Part shown: in pieces, positions 47,572 through 57,220 of the stretch
Layout: every line of letters begins with the position of its first letter
How positions within the stretch are numbered: position 1 is the first letter of the stretch
DNA from: Acidobacteriota bacterium
GTDB taxonomy: Bacteria; Acidobacteriota; UBA6911
Length of the DNA: 64,000 nt
Assembly: GCA_963664705.1 (NCBI GenBank)
Contig: OY761556.1
Location: forward strand, 5,856,001-5,920,000
Direction: 5' to 3'
Translations under genes and position numbers: made by a program
The notes under the pieces: model-generated
What the model was told of the DNA's origin: nothing
Databases searched by the model: none
What the model saw: the letters and a program-made list of their open reading frames with translations, nothing else

Positions 47572-48294
47572 ATGATCTCCCAAAAACGAATGAAAACCAA
47601 ACAGAGCCATCCCCCGCAGAACCATTCTAATTCGAATAAACGACTCAAGGCAGGCGAGCGTCGAAGCCAGCTGCTCAGGGTTGCGAAAGAACTTTTTGCC
47701 AGACAGGGATTTGAGAATACGAGTACAAAGTCCATCGCGGCGGCCGCCGGAGTGACTGAAGCCATAATATTCAGGCACTTTGCGTCCAAACAGGAGCTTT
47801 ATGCCAATATTCTTGATCAAAGGGCGGATGAGATAGACATAAAGACCTGGCGCTCTGAGTTGGATCACCTTGCCCAATGCCAGGACGATGAAGCGCTGGT
47901 ACTTTCTGTAGTGAAACGTATACTGGAATCGGACCGCCAGGATCCGCAGTTTCAAAGAATGCTGCTCCAGGCAGCACTGAGTGGGCATCCCTTGCGAGAG
48001 ATCACGCGCCAGCGTCTTTTGCCCCTGTACCGATTCCTTTACCGCTACATCCGAAAACGGCAGAAACAGGGAGCATTTCAGAAATGCAACGCGAAGCTGG
48101 CGGCACAATCAATTGTCGGCATGCCCAGCTATCATGGCCTGGCGCAAATTTTGTTCGGAATTGATTTCCTCGGCATTTCGGAAGATCAGGCTGCACGCGA
48201 TTTTGCTCAGCTCATTCTGGAAGGCTTGCGGGCTCCCGGTGCCTCTTCGCAAAAAAGGGGAGGGAAGCAGGCCGAAGAATCCATGGAGGGATAG
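47572..48294 (+). CDS. TetR/AcrR-family regulator
   Basis: ELFARQGFENTSTKSIAAAAGVTEAIIFRHFASKQELY. Confidence 0.93.
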   Translation: MISQKRMKTKQSHPPQNHSNSNKRLKAGERRSQLLRVAKELFARQGFENTSTKSIAAAAGVTEAIIFRHFASKQELYANILDQRADEIDIKTWRSELDHLAQCQDDEALVLSVVKRILESDRQDPQFQRMLLQAALSGHPLREITRQRLLPLYRFLYRYIRKRQKQGAFQKCNAKLAAQSIVGMPSYHGLAQILFGIDFLGISEDQAARDFAQLILEGLRAPGASSQKRGGKQAEESMEG

Positions 48295-50039
48295 TGAATA
48301 CACGAATTGTATCGATTGCGTGCTTGCTGCTGTATGCATTGACCGCGGTATCGGCCCCGGCGCAGAAGAGCACCCTGTCATCCCGAGCTTCGGCCGCCGA
48401 GCCTGCCGACCTGATTCTACTGAACGGGCAAATCTATACGCCGAATGGATGGGAAGCGGCTCTCGCGATACGCAACGGTGTCATCATTGCGTTGGGAAGC
48501 GAAAGCGCTGTGGCACCGTTCCGGGCTCCAAAGACGCGTGTGATTGATCTGCACGGCGATACGGTCACCCCCGGGCTGCACGATATGCACGTCCACCCTT
48601 CGAGCGGAGGGATTCAGCAATTGACCTGCAATTTCCCGCAGGGAGCATCGCCTCAGCAGGTGCTTGATACTGTAAAGGGATGCGTTGCCAAGCGTGCCAA
48701 AGGAGAATGGATCACGGGCGGGCAGTGGGATACCGCTTCATTCGGCGAAAAAAGGGTGCACAAATCCATGCTGGATAGTGTTTCTCCGGATAATCCCGTA
48801 GTGCTTTCGGATATCAGCATGCACAGCGTATGGGCGAATTCGAGGGCACTTCAGCTTTCGAAAATCACCAGGGAAACGCCGGATCCGCCGGGCGGTATCA
48901 TCGAAAAAGACCAAAAGGGTGAGCCTTCGGGGGTTCTACGCGAATCTGCCGCCGGGATTGTGCGGGCTGCGGTGCCGCCATATACGAAGGAGCAGAATGC
49001 TCAAGCAATGCAGTGGGCGCTTTCCGAAATGCTGTCCTATGGAATTACAGCGTTCACCGATGCGGTCGTTGATGAAAACAACATGAAGGTTTATGCGGAT
49101 CTGGCGGACAAGGGGATTCTGAAACAACGGGTCCGAGGATGTATTCTATGGAGCCCGTCCGATTCGGCAGGCAACCAGAAACTGACGAACGAAGCCATTG
49201 AAAGACGGAACCTGTACGAACGGGCCCGTTTCAAGCCGGATTGCGTCAAAATCATTATCGACGGCGTGCCCACCGCGGGTCACACGGCCGCTATGGTGGA
49301 GCCCTATGCCGACACGGCGAATATGGATTCAGCCCGGGCCAGGGGCATGCTGCTGGTTTCTCCCCAAACGCTCAATGCGGCGGTTGCCGCTTTCGACGCG
49401 CGGGGATTGACGGTGAAGATCCACACAGCGGGAGATGCAGCGGTACGAGCGGGACTTAATGCCATAGAGTTCGCGAGAAAAGCGAACGGATTCAGCGGCA
49501 GTCTGCACAGTGTAGGCCACAACAGTTTTGTCCAGCCGGGCGATCTCGGGCGCGCGAAAGACATTCAGGCGGTGTTCGAGATGTCTCCCTACATCTGGTA
49601 CCCCAACCCGATCATTCCGGATATCGCCAAAGCAGTCGGCCCTGAACGCATGAAACGATGGACTCCCGTCAAAGAGGCAATCGATTCAGGGACTCTTGTC
49701 GTGGCCGGTTCGGACTGGAACGTCGTGCCTTCTGTGAATCCCTGGATTGCGATTGAGACGCTGGTTACAAGACAGATGCCTGGTGGTGGCGGCGAAACTT
49801 TGGCAGAGTCCGAAAAGATCACATTGCAGCAGGCCTTCGATCTTTTCACCGGGAATGCCGCACGGCAAATGGGGACGCGGAACAGGACCGGCAGCATCGA
49901 AAGGGGGCAGGCTGCGGATCTGATCGTGCTGGACCGCAACCCTTTCAAAATTCCAGTCACCCAAATACATCAAACCAAAGTAAAGCTGGTAATGATCAAT
50001 GGCGAAATCGTCCGCGAGGTGCGCGGGAATACTCGCTGA
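48294..50039 (+). CDS. Exported amidohydrolase (YtcJ-like)
   Basis: PGLHDMHVH, HSVWANS, KIIIDG, IHTAGD, GSDW, GSIERGQAADLIVLD. Confidence 0.9.
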   Translation: MNTRIVSIACLLLYALTAVSAPAQKSTLSSRASAAEPADLILLNGQIYTPNGWEAALAIRNGVIIALGSESAVAPFRAPKTRVIDLHGDTVTPGLHDMHVHPSSGGIQQLTCNFPQGASPQQVLDTVKGCVAKRAKGEWITGGQWDTASFGEKRVHKSMLDSVSPDNPVVLSDISMHSVWANSRALQLSKITRETPDPPGGIIEKDQKGEPSGVLRESAAGIVRAAVPPYTKEQNAQAMQWALSEMLSYGITAFTDAVVDENNMKVYADLADKGILKQRVRGCILWSPSDSAGNQKLTNEAIERRNLYERARFKPDCVKIIIDGVPTAGHTAAMVEPYADTANMDSARARGMLLVSPQTLNAAVAAFDARGLTVKIHTAGDAAVRAGLNAIEFARKANGFSGSLHSVGHNSFVQPGDLGRAKDIQAVFEMSPYIWYPNPIIPDIAKAVGPERMKRWTPVKEAIDSGTLVVAGSDWNVVPSVNPWIAIETLVTRQMPGGGGETLAESEKITLQQAFDLFTGNAARQMGTRNRTGSIERGQAADLIVLDRNPFKIPVTQIHQTKVKLVMINGEIVREVRGNTR

Positions 50040-50239
50040 TCCTCCAGACTCACTGCAATTCCAGTAACTCGGCGAAAGCTCGTGGAACACCGCAAATTCT
50101 ATTATGTGGATGCAGCCGATGGAGACGTTCGGTGTATTGCTTCAGCGTCTCTTGCCACGATATTGCCATTGTTAATGGGAATGTATTGAGTCGTGATTCG
50201 TCAGATCCCTCTCCGATTGAAATGGCCTGTGGCGGCCGG

Positions 50240-51460
50240 TTATGCGCTTGCTACTGCCTGGCTCTTCTGGGCTTGTAGTTTTGCAATAAGTTTTGCCCTC
50301 AGATTCTGATGAGGTAATTCATACTCACGAATCGCACGCTCAAGCCCGGTTATGCTGGCGATAGCTTTTACATGAGGATCAGACATAGGATCAAACGTAA
50401 TGCTAATCGAATCTTTATAATGGCCACCAATTTCGCGCTGTATGTGGGCAAAATATAGGTTCAGTGTAAGCGGATTAAAATGGGGGAAGTACTCATCAGG
50501 GCGAACAGTTGTCACCATGGTTACCTTGGCGAGATTATCCGACCACTTGGGAAGAGTCCCGTAGCGTGCGCCAGCTCCGATTTCGAGCAGATCATTGATC
50601 TCCGAGCAAGAATATGGAAGTAACTTGCCCAATGGTGCAAGAACATAGGTTTTTTCCGCAACTTCAAGCATTGCACTTTTCGTGTTGAGATGGTCTTCAT
50701 CGCGCGCGAGGATCCCGGCTGTAATACTAATATAGTTGCCCGTCATGATACTCATGGTGCTAATTTCGGCGGAAGGGTTTTCCGCGCGAATAGCTGTCTC
50801 AAATTCCTCTTTGGCGACAAAAAGGTCTTTTTCAGTTTTGTCATTTAGGGAAGCTTCGTATTGGGAATTAGCAAATCCGCTGAGTATTCGACACTGGAAG
50901 AGTGTGCGCGCCACCATAAAATCGCCTATTCGTCCATATCTGATGAGATCTGAAACACCGCGAAGATTGTTTGTAATTATCTTCAAACGACCTGCGTTCT
51001 TTCCATCAAACTGGAAATATGGATGGATGCACAATTGACGGAAAATAGGGTAGATTGTAGATCCGGCATCGAGCACCAAAATAACAAAGAGATTCTTGTT
51101 CTTCTCAATGAGGTCGGCAATGCGAATAACAACTTCCTTTGCGAGGAGCTCTTTTTCAGACGTGAAGTGCGAGCTGCGTCGATCAAACAATGAAACGTCG
51201 GCAGATATAGCTGAGCCAGAGGGCTGATGGTTTGGTATAACCACAAATTGCGGACCAACACTGGAAATTCGTTCCATCAGGCTTTTGCTGAACACCGACA
51301 TGTCTTCCAAAACCTGCTTTTGTCCCTCCCTAATTGTTTTCGAGTCTGCCTCCGTCTCTAGCTTTCTTTTGTTCAACTTAAAAACCATTTTCGATGCAAT
51401 GACGCTGGCAATTGCGGCGCATGCCGACAATATTGCTACGGCAAGAGTTAAGGCGAGCAT
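50240..51460 (-). CDS. Membrane-anchored protein with DeoR/GlpR C-terminal-like sensor domain
   Basis: N-terminal TM; RR..EKELLAK, LVLDAGST, LKIITNNL, KSAML..AEKTYVLA..GK; no HTH. Confidence 0.6.
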   Translation of the reverse strand: MLALTLAVAILSACAAIASVIASKMVFKLNKRKLETEADSKTIREGQKQVLEDMSVFSKSLMERISSVGPQFVVIPNHQPSGSAISADVSLFDRRSSHFTSEKELLAKEVVIRIADLIEKNKNLFVILVLDAGSTIYPIFRQLCIHPYFQFDGKNAGRLKIITNNLRGVSDLIRYGRIGDFMVARTLFQCRILSGFANSQYEASLNDKTEKDLFVAKEEFETAIRAENPSAEISTMSIMTGNYISITAGILARDEDHLNTKSAMLEVAEKTYVLAPLGKLLPYSCSEINDLLEIGAGARYGTLPKWSDNLAKVTMVTTVRPDEYFPHFNPLTLNLYFAHIQREIGGHYKDSISITFDPMSDPHVKAIASITGLERAIREYELPHQNLRAKLIAKLQAQKSQAVASA

Positions 51461-51685
51461 GTTATTCTCCTATATTCTTCATAGCATTGGGTTTGTTAAC
51501 ATCGCCTCCAAACGCACCTTGGTTTGAATATTCGGATGCAGCTTTTGAATCGGCCACACCTAGCGGTGGCTCCGGTTGTTTGGACAGCTTCCCAAAGGAA
51601 TTAAGTGTAATCTTGCGCAGTTAAAATGTCGGGCGCGTACCCGGAAGCCGAAGGCTGGAGGCACAGCGCCCGACTCAGCCATGAC

Positions 51686-52516
51686 TTACGCCGCCTGCTT
51701 TTCTTCGCGGACGGTTTCAAAATAAACCGCATCAGGAGTCTTGCCGTCAAGTGATTGATGCGGTCGTTTGCCGTTATAAAACTCCAGATACACCTTCAAA
51801 CGTTCTTTGGCTTCATTCATCGAGCTGTAAGCATAAAGATATACGTGCTCATATTTGACGGTCCGCCAGAGGCGTTCAACGAAAACGTTATCGCGCCAAC
51901 AGCCTTTGCCATCCATGCTGATTTGAATTCCATTCGCTTTGAGAAAGCCTGTGAACTCGACACTGGTGAACTGGCAGCCCTGGTCCGTGTTGAAGATATC
52001 AGGACAGCCATAATTCGCTATAGCCTCCTCCAGTGCTTCTATACAGAAGTCCGTCGTAAGCGTGTTGGAAAGTCGCCAGGAAAGAACGCGGCGGGAGTAC
52101 CAGTCCTGGACGACAAACAGATAAACAAAGCCTCGACGCATCGGAATATACGTGATGTCTGCCGACCAAGCTTGATCGGGTCGAACAACCTTCAAATCCC
52201 GCAGGAGATAGGGATAGATATGGTGCCCGGCCTGCCTACGGCTTGTATTGGGTTTTCGATACAAAACATCGATCCCCATTTTTCTCATCAACGTTCGGAC
52301 ATGCCGACGGCCGACCTTGTAGCTGTCCTGCCTCAATAAATCTCGCATCATCCGGCTCCCGGCAAAAGGCCATTGAAGATGCAGCTCGTCGATTCGCTTC
52401 ATCAGCTCAAGGTCTGACTGGGGAACCTCTACGGGTCTGTAGTAGGCCGTTGATCGCGGCAGTTTCAGCAACGTGCATTGTCGTTTTATGGAGATCTTGG
52501 CCTTGCGGTCGATCAT
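51686..52516 (-). CDS. IS3 transposase OrfB
   Basis: Protein identical to 36063..36893. Confidence 0.95.
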   Translation of the reverse strand: MIDRKAKISIKRQCTLLKLPRSTAYYRPVEVPQSDLELMKRIDELHLQWPFAGSRMMRDLLRQDSYKVGRRHVRTLMRKMGIDVLYRKPNTSRRQAGHHIYPYLLRDLKVVRPDQAWSADITYIPMRRGFVYLFVVQDWYSRRVLSWRLSNTLTTDFCIEALEEAIANYGCPDIFNTDQGCQFTSVEFTGFLKANGIQISMDGKGCWRDNVFVERLWRTVKYEHVYLYAYSSMNEAKERLKVYLEFYNGKRPHQSLDGKTPDAVYFETVREEKQAA

Positions 52517-52815
52517 CTTTTTGCGCTCAGCAGTCCCGCCTTGATAAGCGCATTCTCTAAAAAATCATTCTCGAGACTGAGCTGCCCGATCTTGGCTTGC
52601 ATGCGCTGGATATCCGGCCCTTTTTCTTTTTCGGGCTTTTCCCCGAACGCAATGGCCGCATTTTCCTGGAGCTGCCGTTTCCAGTCGGTGATTTGGTTGG
52701 GATGTACTTCAAACTGCTCGGCGAGTTCGGCAATCGTCTTGTCGCCCTTCAGGGCCGCCAGGGCGACTTTTGCTTTGAATACTGAACTATGATTCCTGCG
52801 TTGTCTTCTTGCCAT
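52513..52815 (-). CDS. IS3 transposase OrfA
   Basis: Protein identical to 35764..36066. Confidence 0.95.
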   Translation of the reverse strand: MARRQRRNHSSVFKAKVALAALKGDKTIAELAEQFEVHPNQITDWKRQLQENAAIAFGEKPEKEKGPDIQRMQAKIGQLSLENDFLENALIKAGLLSAKR

Positions 52816-53127
52816 CTGATGCTCCTTCTTTCGGCTGTTTCCAGCCCCTCAGTTAGGCAAGATTACCACTTATCCCCTTGTCCAGTTTCCCGAATCCGGC
52901 TCTCCTGTAACAATTCTGGCCTTAGGCATATAGATCTCTGATTGCAATCTATAAGAGCTCAGAACTTCTTAGCTGTCTATGGAAAACTTTTGTTCTACTC
53001 GGCCGCTTGTGATCACTGCCTCCATTGCCATTTTGTTTATAAAGGAAAAAATCATGGTTCCACATGCTGTACATACGGCTATTTGTTCGGGCAAAATGTG
53101 ACTCTATTTTCAGGAGAGGAGTAGCCG

Positions 53128-53559
53128 ATGCCCAAAACCAGCCGATTGATCCGCTTTGGCGTTTCCATGGAAAAGGAGCTGCTGGACCAATTTGATTCCC
53201 TGTGTTCAGCCAGGGGGTATGAGAATCGTTCGGAGGCGATTCGAGACATGGTCCGGAATCTCCTGATCGAGAACAAGTTGAAGGAGGAGAACACTGAAGG
53301 AGTCGGAACCCTAACGCTTGTCTATAACCATCATCAGCGGGAGCTGGAAGAAAAGCTGACGGAATATCAGCATCATCATTTGAACGTGATCGTCTCGAGC
53401 GTGCACCTTCATCTGACCGCTCATCTTTGCCTCGAAGTTCTGCTTCTTCGTGGAAAGGCGAAAGAAATCAAGAAAGTCGCCGATGGATTGATCGCCACCA
53501 AAGGTGTTCAGCACGGGAAGCTCGTCATGACCACCATGGCCGGCGGCGACAGCCTTTAA
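53128..53559 (+). CDS. nikR: Nickel-responsive regulator
   Basis: RFGVSM, NRSEAIRD, VYNHH, HLHL...CLEV, GVQHGKL. Confidence 0.95.
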   Translation: MPKTSRLIRFGVSMEKELLDQFDSLCSARGYENRSEAIRDMVRNLLIENKLKEENTEGVGTLTLVYNHHQRELEEKLTEYQHHHLNVIVSSVHLHLTAHLCLEVLLLRGKAKEIKKVADGLIATKGVQHGKLVMTTMAGGDSL

Positions 53560-53571
53560 TGCCGATGAGTT

Positions 53572-55878
53572 CTATTTTCCCGCCAGATGAAACGTAAGTC
53601 CGGCCGCAAATCCTGCCGGAAAACCGGGAGTTCCATGGATACGCGCCACCGCAGGACCCGCTGGAAGCAAACGCGACTCGAAATAGTTCTGTGTTTCGTA
53701 ATATGTCTTGTTCAGTAGATTGTCGATCGAGAGATTCAGATCAATCCATGGACGCACTTTCTTCAGCATGCTGAAATCAACAACCGTCAGCCCCGAGGCA
53801 CGAATCCCCGCATCCAGTTCGTCAAGACGGTAATTGCTGACATAGTTCAGCCTCACGGAACCGCTGAAGCCTTTCCACTGTGATAGAGTCAAGGCGGCAT
53901 TGCCAACTATGTGCGGCGCGTTACTGACATAAGCTCTGGGATATGTTCCCCGATAGAAGGAGTTGGCAACTTTTGTGATTCCGCCATTGAATGTGAGCAG
54001 GCGGGTAATCTCCGTTGAGACCTTCAACTCGTACCCATACGATCGGCTGGGGCCTTTGAATTCCAGACTCCCATCGTCGGGGACGTAGACCTGCTCATTG
54101 GACCGGTCTATCCAAAACATGTCCGCCGTTGCCGAAAACCGCCTGAACCGCCGCACAAGCCCGAACTGATAGAAGTCCGTGGTGGATATCCTCACACCCG
54201 ATGGATTTCGAATGATCCCGCGGGCATCCTGGCTTGAGATGCCGCGGCCATAATTGAGGTGCAGTGACAAAGGCACCTGTTTGAATGGAGTGAAGGACAG
54301 GTTTAGCTTTGGTTGAATCCTCCCTGCAGGCTGCCTTCCCGAGAGTTCAGGCGATATCTTCTCTTCCACACTGAAGCGGAAATAGTCGTATCGGAGCCCT
54401 CCTTCGAGGTGAAGGCGGCCCTGCAGCAAATCCATACTCTGCTGCAGGTACCCTGCCGCATTGGTAACGTCTGCATCCGCGCGGGTAGACACTCCTTTGG
54501 GGGAACGCCCTATTCTCGGATACAGGCCGACGTTTATCTGGTTTGCATGAAAGTTGCCGCCTGCGATGAAAAGCGCGTTTTTACCAAATAAAGTATATGG
54601 ACGCAGGTATTGCAGGTTGGCGCCCTGCTGCAACCGTGAATCGTGCTGCTGGAAGGCATCTCCGTTCTGGGGGTCGTTGAGGTAAAACGTGAAATTCGAA
54701 TAGAGATCCAGAAGCGAGCGGGAAAGGAAACCATCCAGTTTGAGCACTGCCCCGGAATCCGCCTGGCTCCGGTAATAGGCTCCGAAGGTTCCACTCCGCG
54801 CATTGCCGCCGCCCGTTGGATCTATATAACCAAAGCGGTCAAGCCGACCTGCGGCCACTTCATCCAGCGGAATCTGCCCGGATGAATAAAAGTTATTTCT
54901 GCCTCCGTTCAGCTTGAAGCCCAGGGCCCGATTTGAATCCACGTGCAAGGTGAGGTTTCCCGTCACGTTGTCGCGTTGATAGCGCGAAGGGTTCTGAAAC
55001 GGCCCGTCCGTACGCGCGCTTTCATAAGCGAGGAGCGAATCGGCCTTGTCTCCTTTCGGGCTGTAGGCCAGCATTGCGCGATAGCTCCCAAAAGAGCCGC
55101 TCTGAATCCGGATTGTGCCCTGGTCGGGAAGAGACTCTTTCAGTCGAACATGCACCACTCCCAGCCCTGAAAAGTCGCCGTACTCCGCGCTGAATGGCCC
55201 ATTCAGGATATTCACTTCCTGTACCAGTTCTGGAGTCAGGGTCTTTAACTGTCCCAGATACCCTTGGCCGTGACCCTGAGTTCCCTGGTTCTGCTGAACA
55301 TTGTCGACCAGAACTTTCAGACCGCCTGAAACACCTCCGTGATCTAGGTTAAAGCCGAAGCGGCGGACCTCGATGGATTTACCTCCGCCCTCATGCTGCC
55401 CCGCATTGATGCCGCCATCCAGCGTTTGGAAGACCTGATCGTCTCGAGAGAAAAGCGTGTCTTTGTAAACTGTTTCGTTTCTCCGGTCGATATCGGGTTC
55501 GGTTGCTGATGCCTCTATCACAACACTATCATGCCTGGGCGGGATTCTGACCTCGACAACGATGCGGATTTTCTCGACAGGATCACCATCTTTGATGTCG
55601 ATTGTTGTCCGACCGATGTACCTTCCCTCGATCTGAAGAGAAACCGGATTGCCTTCCACCCCTTTGAAGTAAAACTTGCCGTCAGTCCCGGTTATCATTT
55701 TCTGCTCGCCGGACGGTGTGGTCGCCGTGACTGTCGCACGATCGATTGTTTCGCCCGATGCTGTAACCACGGTTCCCGACAGAATTCCCGATCTGGTTTT
55801 GAATTGAGCCGCATCCTGGGCAATTCCCGAAGATGCAAGGAACCACAACAAAAGCAAAGGAGCACTCAGCAATTTCAA
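53572..55878 (-). CDS. TonB-dependent receptor, probably for nickel
   Basis: Signal, carboxypeptidase-regulatory-like N-domain, QHEGGGK..RFGFNLDHG..HGQGY plug; NikR-type box upstream. Confidence 0.85.
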   Translation of the reverse strand: MKLLSAPLLLLWFLASSGIAQDAAQFKTRSGILSGTVVTASGETIDRATVTATTPSGEQKMITGTDGKFYFKGVEGNPVSLQIEGRYIGRTTIDIKDGDPVEKIRIVVEVRIPPRHDSVVIEASATEPDIDRRNETVYKDTLFSRDDQVFQTLDGGINAGQHEGGGKSIEVRRFGFNLDHGGVSGGLKVLVDNVQQNQGTQGHGQGYLGQLKTLTPELVQEVNILNGPFSAEYGDFSGLGVVHVRLKESLPDQGTIRIQSGSFGSYRAMLAYSPKGDKADSLLAYESARTDGPFQNPSRYQRDNVTGNLTLHVDSNRALGFKLNGGRNNFYSSGQIPLDEVAAGRLDRFGYIDPTGGGNARSGTFGAYYRSQADSGAVLKLDGFLSRSLLDLYSNFTFYLNDPQNGDAFQQHDSRLQQGANLQYLRPYTLFGKNALFIAGGNFHANQINVGLYPRIGRSPKGVSTRADADVTNAAGYLQQSMDLLQGRLHLEGGLRYDYFRFSVEEKISPELSGRQPAGRIQPKLNLSFTPFKQVPLSLHLNYGRGISSQDARGIIRNPSGVRISTTDFYQFGLVRRFRRFSATADMFWIDRSNEQVYVPDDGSLEFKGPSRSYGYELKVSTEITRLLTFNGGITKVANSFYRGTYPRAYVSNAPHIVGNAALTLSQWKGFSGSVRLNYVSNYRLDELDAGIRASGLTVVDFSMLKKVRPWIDLNLSIDNLLNKTYYETQNYFESRLLPAGPAVARIHGTPGFPAGFAAGLTFHLAGK

Positions 55879-55908
55879 GATTTCAATCCTCCACGGTTGG
55901 ATTGAAAG

Positions 55909-55937
55909 GGTAGCACGAAAAGAGAAAAGGTGCTACC
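55909..55937. promoter_or_regulatory. Probable NikR operator
   Basis: GGTAGCAC-N13-GTGCTACC perfect dyad 31 nt upstream of the receptor start. Confidence 0.75.
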
Positions 55938-56139
55938 AGTGATTTTGTTGCAAATTATCTATGAATAGACGGTCCCGAAAAGTGAGCTTTTGCGAGCATG
56001 TCCAGTGCTGAAGACAGACTGGCCTTTCCTGCGTCTGGGCTGCAATGGTGTTGTCCGTGGAAATTCGGGAACAGGGAAGGTATTATGGGCGACCGGATAG
56101 GCATGCCTGCAGCAAAGTGCTGGAACCATGGGGATACGG

Positions 56140-57171
56140 ATGAAAGTCGATCAAAAAACGTTAGGCATTCTCGATAGGGCCCAGAGCGGCCGCGCTCCCG
56201 GCAAAGAGGAATGTATCGTTCTGTTGCAGTTTGCCGAGACATCTCTCGAAGCCGCCCTAGTTCGTGCTGTTGGCGATTCCATAACAAGGCAACGGTTCGA
56301 GAATCAGAGCTTTGTCCTTGGACAGATAGGCGTCGAGATTGGCCCCTGTCCCGGCAAGTGCAAGTTCTGCAGTTTTGGTGAGGGGCATACAACATTTGAA
56401 GCCAGTCTAATGGACGAAGAGGATATCCTCCGGAGTGCCGACATCTTCACGGCTTCGGAGGAGCTTTATGCCCTATTTCTCATGACGATGCATGTTTTCG
56501 ATTTTGAGCGGCTGATTCGTATTGTGCATATGCTGAAAAAGAGAATGCCGCAGGAAACTCAGATCGTCGTCAATGTCGGAGATTTCGACAAAGCTCAGGC
56601 GCGGGACTTGAAAGCCGCAGGCGCAAGCGGTGCGTATCACATCTGCCGCCTTCGGGAAGGAGTTGATACTGCACTCAATCCTGAGAATAGAAAGTCGACC
56701 ATCAGAGCTATCAAGGATTCCGGACTGGACTGGTATTACTGTTGCGAACCGATCGGACCTGAACACAGCCCGCAGGAACTTGTTGATCAGATATTCCTCG
56801 GACTTGAATACGGATGCTTCCAGCATGCCGCAATGCGACGTGTGTATCTACCATCGGCCCCGCTATCTCCGCACGGACAGATTTCCGAACTCCGGCTGGC
56901 GCAAATAACGGCCGTGGTAGCGCTGGCATCTTTAGCTTGTCCTGAAACAAGGAGCATTGCAGTTCATGAGCCCAATCTGCTCGGGCTTACAGCAGGTGCC
57001 AACACGGTATACGCGGAAACCGGAGCCAATCCGAGAGACACGGAAAGGGAAACCACCGGACATCGCGGACGGGACATCAAGGACTGCAAACGCATGCTCT
57101 ATGAGGCAGGCTTCGAGCACCTGATGATTTCACCACGGAAAAGAATCTCGCTTATCGATAGCTATCGATAA
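56140..57171 (+). CDS. Radical SAM enzyme, BioB/PylB/HydE-like
   Basis: CPGKCKFC (CxxxCxxC), YHICRLREG, CCEPIGPEH, AGAN..YAETGANPRD. Confidence 0.85.
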   Translation: MKVDQKTLGILDRAQSGRAPGKEECIVLLQFAETSLEAALVRAVGDSITRQRFENQSFVLGQIGVEIGPCPGKCKFCSFGEGHTTFEASLMDEEDILRSADIFTASEELYALFLMTMHVFDFERLIRIVHMLKKRMPQETQIVVNVGDFDKAQARDLKAAGASGAYHICRLREGVDTALNPENRKSTIRAIKDSGLDWYYCCEPIGPEHSPQELVDQIFLGLEYGCFQHAAMRRVYLPSAPLSPHGQISELRLAQITAVVALASLACPETRSIAVHEPNLLGLTAGANTVYAETGANPRDTERETTGHRGRDIKDCKRMLYEAGFEHLMISPRKRISLIDSYR

Positions 57172-57220
57172 GCGAGATCATGGATCAGTGACTAATTTTC
57201 CCTGTGCATTGTGCTGCGAC

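Larger units (their letters stand above)
51562..52903 (-). mobile_element. IS3-family insertion sequence, copy 2, 1342 bp, target duplication CCT
   Basis: Same ORFs and ends as 35676-37017, inverted; CCT at 51559-51561 and 52904-52906. Confidence 0.95.

Noticed and set aside
35676-52903. Composite transposon formed by the two IS copies
   Set aside because: Each copy has its own different 3-bp duplication, which indicates independent insertions.
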